Virus record (IMG/VR): IMGVR_UViG_3300008255_000214
Span: 1-42,480 of that record
DNA from: a virus
Taxonomy: Duplodnaviria > Caudoviricetes
Length of the DNA: 42,480 bases
Reading direction: 5' to 3' (one strand)
The position numbers were made by a program, and so were the translations under genes. Shown in pieces: positions 26,721 to 36,489 of the stretch. The stretch's first letter is position 1, and each line of letters opens with the position of its first letter. The notes below the pieces were generated by a model that had not been told where the DNA came from, did no database searches, and saw nothing but the letters and a program-made list of their open reading frames with translations.

Positions 26721-28517
26721 TTATTTATTTTTTAATTTTATTTTATCCTTATATTGTTGTTTCTTTTCAGCATCTTTTTCTTCTTCAACTTTAATTCTAT
26801 TTTCTTCAGCATATTTATCGTGCCTTATAGCTGTTATAATATATGAAAATTTGCCATCTTTTTCTCCAGCAAAAATAACTTTTCCATTAATCATTTCTTC
26901 TTTCACCCATAAATTATTTTGCTGACCAATACTTGTTAATTGGTAGCTATAATCATCTTTTATTTCTCCGTTTAAAGGACTAAACCAATCTGGCATATTT
27001 ATTTCACATTCTCCTTCTAATATTTGCCCATTTCCTCTATAAATATTTAACATATCTGGACTTTCTACAAAGGAATGGTTAAGCCAGTGAGTTTCTGGTT
27101 TTAATGGATGGTCAATAGTGAAAGAACCAGCAGACTTACTTAAAGTTCCACCAACATATAAACCAGTATTTATTTCTAAATTATTACTGGTATTCATTGT
27201 TATGTATTTTGTTGTATATCCTGATTTTGTTACTTGATAAGCATCAGAATAAACATTTGACCACATATAAGATGCTGTTCCGCAATTATAACTTCTTCCG
27301 CTACTTGGTTGAAAATGAGTATGAGTAGCTATTGCACTATTTTCATAATTTAAATAAGAAGTAGAAAAATTATAATTATTTGAATATATATTTGCCCAGT
27401 ATTGCGAAGATAGTCCACAGTTTCCTTGTCCGCTCGTCAAAGGTGCTATACCTGCCCCAGATGAAACATCAAAATAAGTAGTTCCGCTATCTGTTTTAAT
27501 TTTTATATTTCTATTGCTAACTGACTCAAGACCAAAATAACCATTTGTCGCACCTATTTTACCGTATGAAGTGCTACCATAATATACCAAAATATCCTGT
27601 CCGTGCATTGTTAAACCGCTAGAAGTCATTTTAATTCCAGTGTTAGCACTTGAACTTGTTTGAACTGTTCCGCTAGTAATAGTCCCACCAATAATTGTTA
27701 ACGCTGGTGAAGAACCTCCTTTTAATTGAAATCCAGTAGCTGAACCATCCCAACCATAACTTTGGATATAGCCTGTTGTTCCAGCACTTCCCATTGTTAA
27801 AGTATTTACTATTGTGCTACTTGAAATATATTGAGCGTCTAAAGAAGAGCCTGAACTTGTGGTTAAAGAGCCAGTTATTGTTGCTGAAGTGCAAGTAAGA
27901 TTTCCGCTTGTATCAATATAAAAGTTTTTAGCGTGTATTGAGGCATCTGAACCATTTGAATAAAGTGTCATATCACCAGCATTTGTTGTATATCCATTAT
28001 GGTCTTCAGTCCCAGTATAAATAGATGTTGAGTTAACAGACCAACCGCCAATAGTAGCTGAAGTAAATTTAGCTACGCCATTCGCTAATATACTTGCAGG
28101 TGCAGTCGCATAACCAGTAGCAACATTAGTTCCCCACCAAGCGTTGCCATTTGTATCTATGTGAAAAGAAGAAACTGTTGTTGCGTCAGGTATATTTAAA
28201 GAACCAACATTAACTGTTCCAGAAAAAGTTCCTGTGGCACCTGTAATATCTCCCCTAAAATAACCACTTTCAAATTCAACTGAACCATCGGCATTAATAG
28301 TCCATCCAGAAACACCAGCTTCATAATTAAAACTTCTTATAAATCCATCACTAACTAATAAATCTCCAATTAATTCCCCTGATGATAAATTAGTGCTTTG
28401 AACTTCAGAACTAGGCATTAAAGATAGACTGCTTGGATAAATAACGGCATTGTCATCATTTTTGACAACATCATCTTTATTTAATAAATTGTTTACACCT
28501 AATTCCTCAAATGTCAT
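26721..28517 (-). CDS. Tail fibre/spike-like protein
   Basis: G/S/T-rich beta repeats; C-terminal GSFTIDHPLKP..LNHSFVESP domain seen at fibre ends. Confidence 0.65.
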   Translation of the reverse strand: MTFEELGVNNLLNKDDVVKNDDNAVIYPSSLSLMPSSEVQSTNLSSGELIGDLLVSDGFIRSFNYEAGVSGWTINADGSVEFESGYFRGDITGATGTFSGTVNVGSLNIPDATTVSSFHIDTNGNAWWGTNVATGYATAPASILANGVAKFTSATIGGWSVNSTSIYTGTEDHNGYTTNAGDMTLYSNGSDASIHAKNFYIDTSGNLTCTSATITGSLTTSSGSSLDAQYISSSTIVNTLTMGSAGTTGYIQSYGWDGSATGFQLKGGSSPALTIIGGTITSGTVQTSSSANTGIKMTSSGLTMHGQDILVYYGSTSYGKIGATNGYFGLESVSNRNIKIKTDSGTTYFDVSSGAGIAPLTSGQGNCGLSSQYWANIYSNNYNFSTSYLNYENSAIATHTHFQPSSGRSYNCGTASYMWSNVYSDAYQVTKSGYTTKYITMNTSNNLEINTGLYVGGTLSKSAGSFTIDHPLKPETHWLNHSFVESPDMLNIYRGNGQILEGECEINMPDWFSPLNGEIKDDYSYQLTSIGQQNNLWVKEEMINGKVIFAGEKDGKFSYIITAIRHDKYAEENRIKVEEEKDAEKKQQYKDKIKLKNK

Positions 28518-29913
28518 AATTACTTGAACTTAATATTTCAAAACCTCTAAAAATTAATTTATTTCCAATTATATTTCCGTCTAACTTAAACTTTATCCTA
28601 ACAAAATCTTTAGCTTGAACAATTAATGTTTGTGTTATATCATCTTTTAATTCTCCGATTGGGTGCCAAGTTTCTGTGCTTTCATCGTCTATTTTATAAC
28701 TAACTTGAGCACCTTGGGCATTTTCAAATAAAGCAACGATTTCATCAATGTCTTTCTTATCTGATTTTGCGTTAGTAAAATAGTAAAATTGAGTTTCAGC
28801 GTTATAGAATATTGGCTCTCCATCATCACTTGTTCCTGAGTCAAATGTATAAACTTTTCCTAAACTGCTTCCGACAACATTAACAAGAGTTGTTCCGTTA
28901 TCATATTTAGAAGCACTTCTAATTTCAAATGGATAACTTGATAAAGTCCAAAGCTGTTTTGATATTGTATATCTACAAACTATATTTGATAAAGAAACTC
29001 CATCTAATGTTATATCTCCTATTGACCAATAAATGTGGTCACCATCTTCCCAAGCACAAACATTCTCCCAGTTAGTTCTTGGTATTGCTTCAACTATATC
29101 AATAATTTTTTTACTGATATCTAATGGGGTTTCAGAATAATGATAAAAAGCCTTTGGAGAATGAAAGAATATTCCATCTTTTGTTTCAATTATACTTTCG
29201 TGGCTGTATGTTCCAACATTAATAAATGGGTCAGGGTCAGTAGAATTAACGCTGTAAACTCTATAAATATGATTTTTCTTAAATACTAAAAGGGCATTAT
29301 TGCTTCTTTTTAATCCTGTAATTTTATCTCCATCTTGAGGACTTATCTGTATAAAACTTGTTCCACCGCTTATAGTTCCATCTGTATTTACAACATCAGT
29401 ATAATAAAGTTTGTCATCAGAACTATCAGCTATCCATATCCTTGAACGATAATTTTCAATAAAATCTCCTGCAGGCAAATCTGCTACATTAACAGAACCA
29501 AAAGAACCGCCAGAATAAGAAGCACAAGCCTGATTTGCATTTCCGTTAACCATAAAAGTATAATCAACCAGAGATGTAAATCTTGCTTTGCTTGAAGCTG
29601 TTAATCCAGTTCTTCTTGCTGTCCAAGAAGTTCCGTTAAAATCATATACCGCTGTTCCAACTTTAGCTAATAATCTGTAAGTTGTTCCTGCATTGTTAAT
29701 ATGGTTGTGTAAGCCCAAAATTGGAGTTGTAGCAACGATTTCGCTTCCGACGATGGTTGTTCCATTTCTTGTCTGAAGAGCTCCTATTCGGTCAAAATCA
29801 AGGTTTACAGCTAAACTAAGACTGGCTGGCAAAGAAACTATCTCGTCTATTGCTGCAGGGCGTATAATTCCTTCAGTATAGTATGGTAATGGTATTTTTT
29901 GTAATTTTGCCAT
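28507..29913 (-). CDS. Tail nozzle/stabilisation protein (beta-propeller, P22 gp10 / T7 gp12-like)
   Basis: Beta-rich, DGDKITGL, LLVFKKNHIY; follows the adaptor; start moved to ATG 29913. Confidence 0.6.
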   Translation of the reverse strand: MAKLQKIPLPYYTEGIIRPAAIDEIVSLPASLSLAVNLDFDRIGALQTRNGTTIVGSEIVATTPILGLHNHINNAGTTYRLLAKVGTAVYDFNGTSWTARRTGLTASSKARFTSLVDYTFMVNGNANQACASYSGGSFGSVNVADLPAGDFIENYRSRIWIADSSDDKLYYTDVVNTDGTISGGTSFIQISPQDGDKITGLKRSNNALLVFKKNHIYRVYSVNSTDPDPFINVGTYSHESIIETKDGIFFHSPKAFYHYSETPLDISKKIIDIVEAIPRTNWENVCAWEDGDHIYWSIGDITLDGVSLSNIVCRYTISKQLWTLSSYPFEIRSASKYDNGTTLVNVVGSSLGKVYTFDSGTSDDGEPIFYNAETQFYYFTNAKSDKKDIDEIVALFENAQGAQVSYKIDDESTETWHPIGELKDDITQTLIVQAKDFVRIKFKLDGNIIGNKLIFRGFEILSSSNYDI

Positions 29914-29917
29914 ATTG

Positions 29918-31318
29918 TTATGGTAAGTCAATATTAATTCTTATCTTTTGTCCAAAATATTCTTTTTCAATTTGAGCATTTTTCATATCTAACCACTTTA
30001 TATAATCTATATCATTTTTCCAATCTAAATCTTTATCTTTTTTCTGTTTTATCTTAAATCTTAAAAATGAAATAAATATGTTGTAAAATGGCTCGTCTAA
30101 TTCGTCTGAGTCTGAATTAATATCAGTTATTTTCTTATAATAGTCAAGGAATACGCTTTCGCCTGCATAATCATCTGCGAATGGTTGGGCAAAGTAAATA
30201 TAACCATCTTTTACTGTATAATTAACTGGTAATCCAAAGTTAGCATTTTGCCAAACATCAACTCCATCTGAATGCCCTGCAGCCCTAATTCCTGTCACTC
30301 CGCTTATTGTGTTAGTTGTTTCTGTATTAGCTGTATAAGCAACACTATCAATTTCTTCATCAATTTCTTCGCCTGCTATATCTATGCTTCCACTTTCATC
30401 AAAATCACCACTATCGCTTAAAATTATTGAAGTATCTGCTGTTAAAACCGCCCCATTAAGAGTTGTATGATAAGTGCTCATATAAGCATTATCAAACGCT
30501 TCTTCATCAAAATATAAACAAGGTCTTTTTTCTCTTCCGACCCTTATACCAATTATATTTTTGTTTGTTGCTGGGTCTCTAAGGTCAGTTGGAACAGCAA
30601 CTTTATATTGACCTGGAATAATTGAATAAAGATTATGGTTAAAAACACTTCTGAAAGACCACCTTATAATACTTTTATCTTCGTCAATTTCTCTACGACC
30701 TTCATTTAAAGCATCAAACAGAAATCTTTTTGTTATCATCTTTCCGTCAATTTCTAATCCTAAATCGGAAAGGGCTGTTTGAATTAATTGCCCTGCCGAA
30801 TTTGCTGTATAACCAGTTGCTAATACTGGGTCGGAATATGTTGAATAAGTTGAGTTAGTTGAATTTTTAAACCTTATCTTATAATAAGTTGTAGCAGTTC
30901 CAGTTGTATCATTGTGAAATGTTTCGTCTTCATCAACTCTTATATCAACAGTCGTTAACAAAGAATAAGTTACCCCATCAGTTGAGCTGTATATCTCTAT
31001 TTGGTTAAATGGAATGAATTGTATTTTTTCACCCCTGTTGTGCGGATGACTTGAAACTGAAGCTAAAACTAAAGCAGTCGCTGTTGGCGTTCCGTTTATT
31101 TGTAATAATTCTGCTTTATTGTTTCCCCTGTTATTTACAACTATGTATTGTCCATCTGCAAGTTTTAAACCATTTTCAATAGCAAAACCAGAAACACCTG
31201 CTGCATAGTCTGTTGTTAAAAATGTTTTATTTGTATCAAGTTCTGGAAAACTTATATAGACCTCGTTCCCTATAGTTTCGCCTGTTTTAACCAAAACTTT
31301 TGGAATTATATTTATCAT
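29918..31318 (-). CDS. Head-tail adaptor-like virion protein with extra beta domains
   Basis: ALNEGRREID..WSF and DSDELDEPF motifs typical of podovirus adaptors; position. Confidence 0.5.
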   Translation of the reverse strand: MINIIPKVLVKTGETIGNEVYISFPELDTNKTFLTTDYAAGVSGFAIENGLKLADGQYIVVNNRGNNKAELLQINGTPTATALVLASVSSHPHNRGEKIQFIPFNQIEIYSSTDGVTYSLLTTVDIRVDEDETFHNDTTGTATTYYKIRFKNSTNSTYSTYSDPVLATGYTANSAGQLIQTALSDLGLEIDGKMITKRFLFDALNEGRREIDEDKSIIRWSFRSVFNHNLYSIIPGQYKVAVPTDLRDPATNKNIIGIRVGREKRPCLYFDEEAFDNAYMSTYHTTLNGAVLTADTSIILSDSGDFDESGSIDIAGEEIDEEIDSVAYTANTETTNTISGVTGIRAAGHSDGVDVWQNANFGLPVNYTVKDGYIYFAQPFADDYAGESVFLDYYKKITDINSDSDELDEPFYNIFISFLRFKIKQKKDKDLDWKNDIDYIKWLDMKNAQIEKEYFGQKIRINIDLP

Positions 31319-31324
31319 ATTTTT

Positions 31325-31465
31325 TTAATTACCTTTTATTTTAAAAAATTTCCTATCTTTATACTCTTGAGCCTTTCCAGGATTATAATTTTTAACTGGT
31401 GTCAACCAACCAACAACACGACTATAAATAATACACTCTTGACGCTCTAATTTAATTGGTGACAT
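31325..31465 (-). CDS. Stand-alone glycyl-radical domain peptide, NrdD C-terminus-like (46 aa, not in ORF track)
   Basis: MSPIKLERQECIIYSRVVGWLTPVKNYNPGKAQEYKDRKFFKIKGN resembles YSRVVGYxxPxxxWNxGKxxExxDR. Confidence 0.8.
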   Translation of the reverse strand: MSPIKLERQECIIYSRVVGWLTPVKNYNPGKAQEYKDRKFFKIKGN

Positions 31466-31485
31466 ATTTAAAATACTTAATTATA

Positions 31486-31513
31486 AAGTTGGCGGTTTAG
31501 AGTTCCGCCAAAC
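31486..31513 (-). terminator. Hairpin, possible terminator or processing site
   Basis: TTGGCGG-N9-CCGCCAA followed by CTTTATAATT on the minus strand. Confidence 0.45.
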
Positions 31514-31717
31514 TTAGTTTCGCCCTAAGGCACATAGGTTTCTAGCGACAGACCAATCCTCTAGTTCGCAGATTGGAACTTTCTTTTCCTCTTTATACAT
31601 TGAGGGAGTAAGTTCTTCAATCTTAACTTCTCTAGGTGATTTGTCTTTTTGAAGACTTTGAAATAGCATATAAGGCATTTCAAGTTTCCAAAGTTTGTTT
31701 TTCCAAAGAACAATCAT
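31514..31717 (-). CDS. Hypothetical protein
   Basis: 67 aa with a perfect AAGGAGGT Shine-Dalgarno. Confidence 0.65.
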   Translation of the reverse strand: MIVLWKNKLWKLEMPYMLFQSLQKDKSPREVKIEELTPSMYKEEKKVPICELEDWSVARNLCALGRN

Positions 31718-31744
31718 TTTAACCTCCTTTTTTAATTAACCATT

Positions 31745-32698
31745 TTACAAACTCTTTTTGTTAAACAAATTCCACTGAGCCCTGTTAAGTGGTTTAGTTT
31801 TTCCTATTGTATTTCCATTGTTTCTCATATAAAATGTAGCAAGCAATTCAGCGACTCCTCCAACCAATATATTGCCATCTAAGAATAGTCCAAATTGACC
31901 GCTTCCTGCTTCATTATCTCCAGTTAACTGAACTAATGTATTATTTTCAATTATAGGTTTAGTCATAGTTTTTTTAATTATAGTTATTTTTAAAGCCCAA
32001 TAATAAGCATCGTTCCAAGACCTGATTGTTTTTAATTCTGGTTCGTATGTATCGGTTATTTGTCTTGTTTTATAATTTGCAATCATTAAAGCGTGCGTAT
32101 ATCTTCCTGTTGGATTAAAATATTCTCCATTTTCGTCTTTATACCAAGCGTTTACATAAACTTGTAAAGAGCCGTATTTAGAAGCTTCTTCCCAATTTTC
32201 CCTTCCGACCCATTCTCCTAAGATTTCGTATTCATTATTAATTTTATCTGCTTCTGGTTGGGCTTCTGGAACTCTTGCATAAGCATAATATTTCTCTGCT
32301 GTATTTTCTGGATTTCTATCTTTCATATCCCAATTTTCAAATTCAAATGGGACTAGACTTTTGATTTGTGCTGTATCTAAAACATTGCTTCCACTATTTC
32401 CTGTTCCAATTTTAGTTCCTGATAAAACAACTAAATCTCTATCTGCAAAATCGTAATCTAAATTATAACGAGCCTTTAAATAAGTTCTAACGCCTTTATT
32501 AAAACTATGACTAACGCATCCCCAAGTATCAAAATAAACGCTTGATTGTCCTTTAAAGGCAGGCAAAAATGGAATTGCATTTCCTTCTGTAAAAACTTCT
32601 ATCTTTTCAACAGTAGTCATTCCGCCAAACTCCATTGAAATTGGAGATATATATGGCAGTATTACTCCATTATATTCTATTTTTAATTCATCATTCAT
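31745..32698 (-). CDS. Papain-like cysteine peptidase, candidate endolysin
   Basis: Q......WGCVSHS, YTHALMI, TDTY catalytic pattern; downstream of holin-like genes. Confidence 0.6.
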   Translation of the reverse strand: MNDELKIEYNGVILPYISPISMEFGGMTTVEKIEVFTEGNAIPFLPAFKGQSSVYFDTWGCVSHSFNKGVRTYLKARYNLDYDFADRDLVVLSGTKIGTGNSGSNVLDTAQIKSLVPFEFENWDMKDRNPENTAEKYYAYARVPEAQPEADKINNEYEILGEWVGRENWEEASKYGSLQVYVNAWYKDENGEYFNPTGRYTHALMIANYKTRQITDTYEPELKTIRSWNDAYYWALKITIIKKTMTKPIIENNTLVQLTGDNEAGSGQFGLFLDGNILVGGVAELLATFYMRNNGNTIGKTKPLNRAQWNLFNKKSL

Positions 32699-32704
32699 AA
32701 ATAT

Positions 32705-32812
32705 TTAAAATAAACACCATTCATAAGTCAACAACCAATAAACCTGAGTTCCAATTATAAACAATCCATATAAAGCAATCACATCCCAAATTATCTGAAA
32801 TATTATTTTCAT
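32705..32812 (-). CDS. Small membrane peptide (35 aa, not in ORF track)
   Basis: MKIIFQIIWDVIALYGLFIIGTQVYWLLTYEWCLF fills the gap in the lysis block. Confidence 0.5.
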   Translation of the reverse strand: MKIIFQIIWDVIALYGLFIIGTQVYWLLTYEWCLF

Positions 32813-32813
32813 A

Positions 32814-33104
32814 TTACTTCATATATTTTAACTCTGATATTTTTTCCATTAGTTTAATAACTGTATCCTCATTCCTTAATTGTGCTTGTTTAATCTCTAA
32901 TATTTCTTTTTGTATAGACTCAATATGAGCATAATGGTTTTGCTTTATGAGTGCCACATCCTGTTTAATATCATAATAAGGAGCAACAACTCCAACCAAA
33001 AACATAACTATGCCAATAGCATACTTGACTTCTGATGTCAGGATTTTTTTTACAATACTTTCAGTTTGAACCTGATTTGCGATTGTATTTTGGTCTTCAG
33101 TCAT
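32814..33104 (-). CDS. Membrane protein with coiled coil (lysis-associated)
   Basis: One TM segment followed by heptad repeats. Confidence 0.55.
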   Translation of the reverse strand: MTEDQNTIANQVQTESIVKKILTSEVKYAIGIVMFLVGVVAPYYDIKQDVALIKQNHYAHIESIQKEILEIKQAQLRNEDTVIKLMEKISELKYMK

Positions 33105-33108
33105 AAGA

Positions 33109-33333
33109 TTAATTTACATAAACTGTTGAAACAACGAATTTACGGATGATATTTACTAAAACTGAATTAAAAGCAACAATAATAGGAGTCCATTGACCAA
33201 AATCAATATTTGGTATAGAACCCTCTAAATAAGTTGCTAAAGCACCTAATAATGCAATTCCTGCACCAATTGCTACTTTTTTTAAATCTTGTTTAATTAT
33301 GGTCCAATTAGGACTAAAAACTTGCTTGTTCAT
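33109..33333 (-). CDS. Holin-like protein
   Basis: 74 aa, two hydrophobic helices, basic flanks. Confidence 0.6.
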   Translation of the reverse strand: MNKQVFSPNWTIIKQDLKKVAIGAGIALLGALATYLEGSIPNIDFGQWTPIIVAFNSVLVNIIRKFVVSTVYVN

Positions 33334-33356
33334 AGATTTATTATTAATTTAGTTAA

Positions 33357-36300
33357 TTATAAAGCCCTCGGATTAAGAATAACGAAATTCGTTCCGTCAT
33401 AAACCAATTGACACCACATTAAAGCTAAAATATCAGCGTCAGATAAGGCGGTGGTTATTCCCTTTACAATCGCTTTTGCTCCCATACCATTTATATTAAG
33501 GGTGCAAGCTCCTGTATTTACTGTATTAGCCTTAAATAGAACTGATAGTCCAACCTTATAGCCGTCAAAATCAGATACTGTGATAGAGTAAGCGTCAGTT
33601 GTTCCAGAGTCAAAGCCGATAATGTTTGAACTGTTTCTGATATATTGTTTGGTTTCAGCAAATTCTTGTCTTAACTTTTGGGTTTCAAGTCCTAAGTCTT
33701 TTACATTTTCTGCTACGCCTTGATTTTTAATACCATAAGTAAAAGTTGCTTGATGTGATGGGTCTTGGGTGGAGTCTACACTTTCAGCGTTAGAAGAAAG
33801 GTATAAGATATTTTTTGTGATAGGGTCGCAAGAAGCTCCTTGTCCAATTTGGAAGTCAACCTTGCCGTAAGTCGCACCACTTGATAAGGCGACATATTCG
33901 TCATCAGCGTCTAAAACCGTATCAGAAGCAATGCCTGAAGTGGTAAGGATTTTAACACTTGGGGTTGTTTCTTGGGAGTTATCTATCTTAAAAGGAATAA
34001 AGCCTAAAGTATCTCCAGCTCCTGTTGCTCCACTGTTAAGTTCAATCGCAGGCATTACTACTCCGTATTCGTTAGTGTATTTAGCTTTACGATAAACATA
34101 AGAGAGAACGGTGTCAGTTGCAGTCCACTTATCAGAGAATTGATTTGTAGCAAGAGGATAGATAAGCCCACGAGGGATAGCGGAGGTGTCGAGGTCGGCT
34201 TCAATAGTAATAGTTCCGACATAAGTAGTGCCTCCGCCAGATTGAGTAAATCTTAAATAAAATATATTTTGTCCATTCAAATTAGTAGGCGTTCCAGATA
34301 GTAATTTGTCAACACCAGCAGTTGAAGCATCAATGTCTGTATAAACAATATTATCTTTTGAAACTGCCATTGTCATAACTTCTGAACCTCCAGCCCCACT
34401 TGTTTGTCCTTGAACTTTTAGATTTTTTATAGGCAATGCGGTATTTACTTTTATGGTAAACGAAGTGCCAGACATTGAATAATTATGTATAGTATCAAGT
34501 ATAATACTTCTTGTTGAAGAAAAAACATTTGAAGCTCTAACATCGTTTTGCTCAGATATTGTGCTATAAAAATTAAACTTTCCTTTATCTAAGTCAATTA
34601 TTGAATTATTTAGAAAGCCATCTTTATCTGCTATTAAATTGGTTTCAATTCCATTACAAATTAGAGTCGCACCCTCTGATTTTTTAACATATTTTTCAAT
34701 ATAAGAAGCAGTTTCTAAATCGTTTGAGGTGTTAGCTTTACAAGTTCCATCTGCAATACTTGAATAAACGTGATAGTGATAATTACCAGATAACCAAAGT
34801 CCACCAGTATCAAAATAATTAAAAGCTCCCTCAACTAAAGAAGCGTTAGTTATTGAAGCCAGCATTATTATATTGTTTGAACTATCGTGAACACATAAAC
34901 TCCAATTTCCAGTTCCTTTCGCTACGCACCAAACACCAATTTTGGCTATATGTTTTTTAGTCGGAGTAAAAGTCTTAATATGTGTTGCTCCCTCATTTAT
35001 AGCGTTAGTTAGAGCATAAGTATTAGCATAAGCACCTGTTGGGTCTAAAGACTGGTCAATATTATCTGTTGAAGTAATCGCTTGAACAGCTCCTTGTATT
35101 TGAACAGGAGAAGTGACGGAGGTGGTGTCGGGGTGAACTTCTTGAAAAGATATTGAATTTATATCAATGTTAGCAATTGATGCATTTCCTGCTGTATCTA
35201 ATGCTAACTGAATAACAGCAAAAGCGGAATTAGCGTCAGTCGTTATTAACAAATCAAATATCTTAAAATTATAAGTAGATACATCTGCGAACTTCATTTT
35301 AGCAACAGCACCGGCAGTCCCGTTAGAACTAAATGTTTTAATTATTAAATCTTCGTATGTTCCGTCTTTAAGATTTATTCCTGCTATATCTATTAGTAAT
35401 CTATAAGTAGTATTTGGCTTTACTGGAAAAGCATTTTTATTTAGGGAAGATAAATTTGTCCCTAAACCACCTATATAAACATGCGCCCTACCAGTAGCGT
35501 CAGTAGAAATTTTTACAGTTAATCTCCCAGTTTTAGTTACAGCACTATCAAATTCAGCACTCCAATTATTAGCAATACCGTCAACATAAACGCCAAATTT
35601 TTCATTTTCTATCCAACCGTCAGTAGTTATTGCCGTATCTCCCACCGCTCCGTCTATATTCCTTAATACTCCTCCTTTAGAAGCTACTGATGTTACAGTG
35701 GAAGTGGGGGGGGTTTCTATCTTTCCTGCCGGATTAGTCATTGCGGTTAAAGCAGTGAGTTCTGCGTTACGCGGTTGCTTTTCATCATCTAAGTCCTCAA
35801 TAGCATCTTGAACATTAGTTGCCGCGATATCTCCATAAGGAGTAAAAGTTATATCACTACCGTCTTGGTCCCCTGTATTAGTGCCTGAGGTATTTCCGAT
35901 TATAACCTTTTCCGCGTTAGTAACATAATTATCATCGGCACCCATACTTGTTTGTTTACCATTTAACTGGCTCTGAATACCTGATGTTACGCCTTTAACA
36001 TAACTTAATTCAGTTAATGATGGGTAGTTAGCAACTGGTAAACTTTGTAACTTCTTATTAGCATCCATAGATACCAATTCAGAAGCTGTAAGAGTATTCC
36101 AAATAGGTTGACCATTTACTATTATTTGAGAAGATGTTTGATCTAATTTTAATCCAGTTGTTGAAGATAGATAATCAGTTCCATCACTAGCAGCACTAAT
36201 AGCAGTTCCATTACCCTTTAGAAGTCCTGTAATTGTAGTTGTAAGCGTTATAGCAGGCGTTGTGGTTGCATTGGCTACAGTGCCAGCAAGTCCGTTTGCA

Positions 36301-36485
36301 GATACAACTGAGACTGTTGTCACAGTTCCTAACCCTATTTCTGATGGAGTTGCATTCTCAAATGTATCTAATCCAGTTTTTCTTAAGAATTGACCTGTTC
36401 CAGATGCTGGCAATATTGACAAATTAGTAAGAGTCAATATTTCTGCACTTGTAGATTGTTCGCCCTCTGCGGCAATATAACTCAT
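33357..36485 (-). CDS. Tail fibre / receptor-binding protein
   Basis: 1042 aa mosaic; ELSYVKGVTSGIQSQLNGK, ATNVQDAIEDL, FKANTVNTGACTLNINGMGAKAI, LVYDGTNF fibre motifs. Confidence 0.8.
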   Translation of the reverse strand: MSYIAAEGEQSTSAEILTLTNLSILPASGTGQFLRKTGLDTFENATPSEIGLGTVTTVSVVSANGLAGTVANATTTPAITLTTTITGLLKGNGTAISAASDGTDYLSSTTGLKLDQTSSQIIVNGQPIWNTLTASELVSMDANKKLQSLPVANYPSLTELSYVKGVTSGIQSQLNGKQTSMGADDNYVTNAEKVIIGNTSGTNTGDQDGSDITFTPYGDIAATNVQDAIEDLDDEKQPRNAELTALTAMTNPAGKIETPPTSTVTSVASKGGVLRNIDGAVGDTAITTDGWIENEKFGVYVDGIANNWSAEFDSAVTKTGRLTVKISTDATGRAHVYIGGLGTNLSSLNKNAFPVKPNTTYRLLIDIAGINLKDGTYEDLIIKTFSSNGTAGAVAKMKFADVSTYNFKIFDLLITTDANSAFAVIQLALDTAGNASIANIDINSISFQEVHPDTTSVTSPVQIQGAVQAITSTDNIDQSLDPTGAYANTYALTNAINEGATHIKTFTPTKKHIAKIGVWCVAKGTGNWSLCVHDSSNNIIMLASITNASLVEGAFNYFDTGGLWLSGNYHYHVYSSIADGTCKANTSNDLETASYIEKYVKKSEGATLICNGIETNLIADKDGFLNNSIIDLDKGKFNFYSTISEQNDVRASNVFSSTRSIILDTIHNYSMSGTSFTIKVNTALPIKNLKVQGQTSGAGGSEVMTMAVSKDNIVYTDIDASTAGVDKLLSGTPTNLNGQNIFYLRFTQSGGGTTYVGTITIEADLDTSAIPRGLIYPLATNQFSDKWTATDTVLSYVYRKAKYTNEYGVVMPAIELNSGATGAGDTLGFIPFKIDNSQETTPSVKILTTSGIASDTVLDADDEYVALSSGATYGKVDFQIGQGASCDPITKNILYLSSNAESVDSTQDPSHQATFTYGIKNQGVAENVKDLGLETQKLRQEFAETKQYIRNSSNIIGFDSGTTDAYSITVSDFDGYKVGLSVLFKANTVNTGACTLNINGMGAKAIVKGITTALSDADILALMWCQLVYDGTNFVILNPRAL

Positions 36486-36489
36486 ATAT

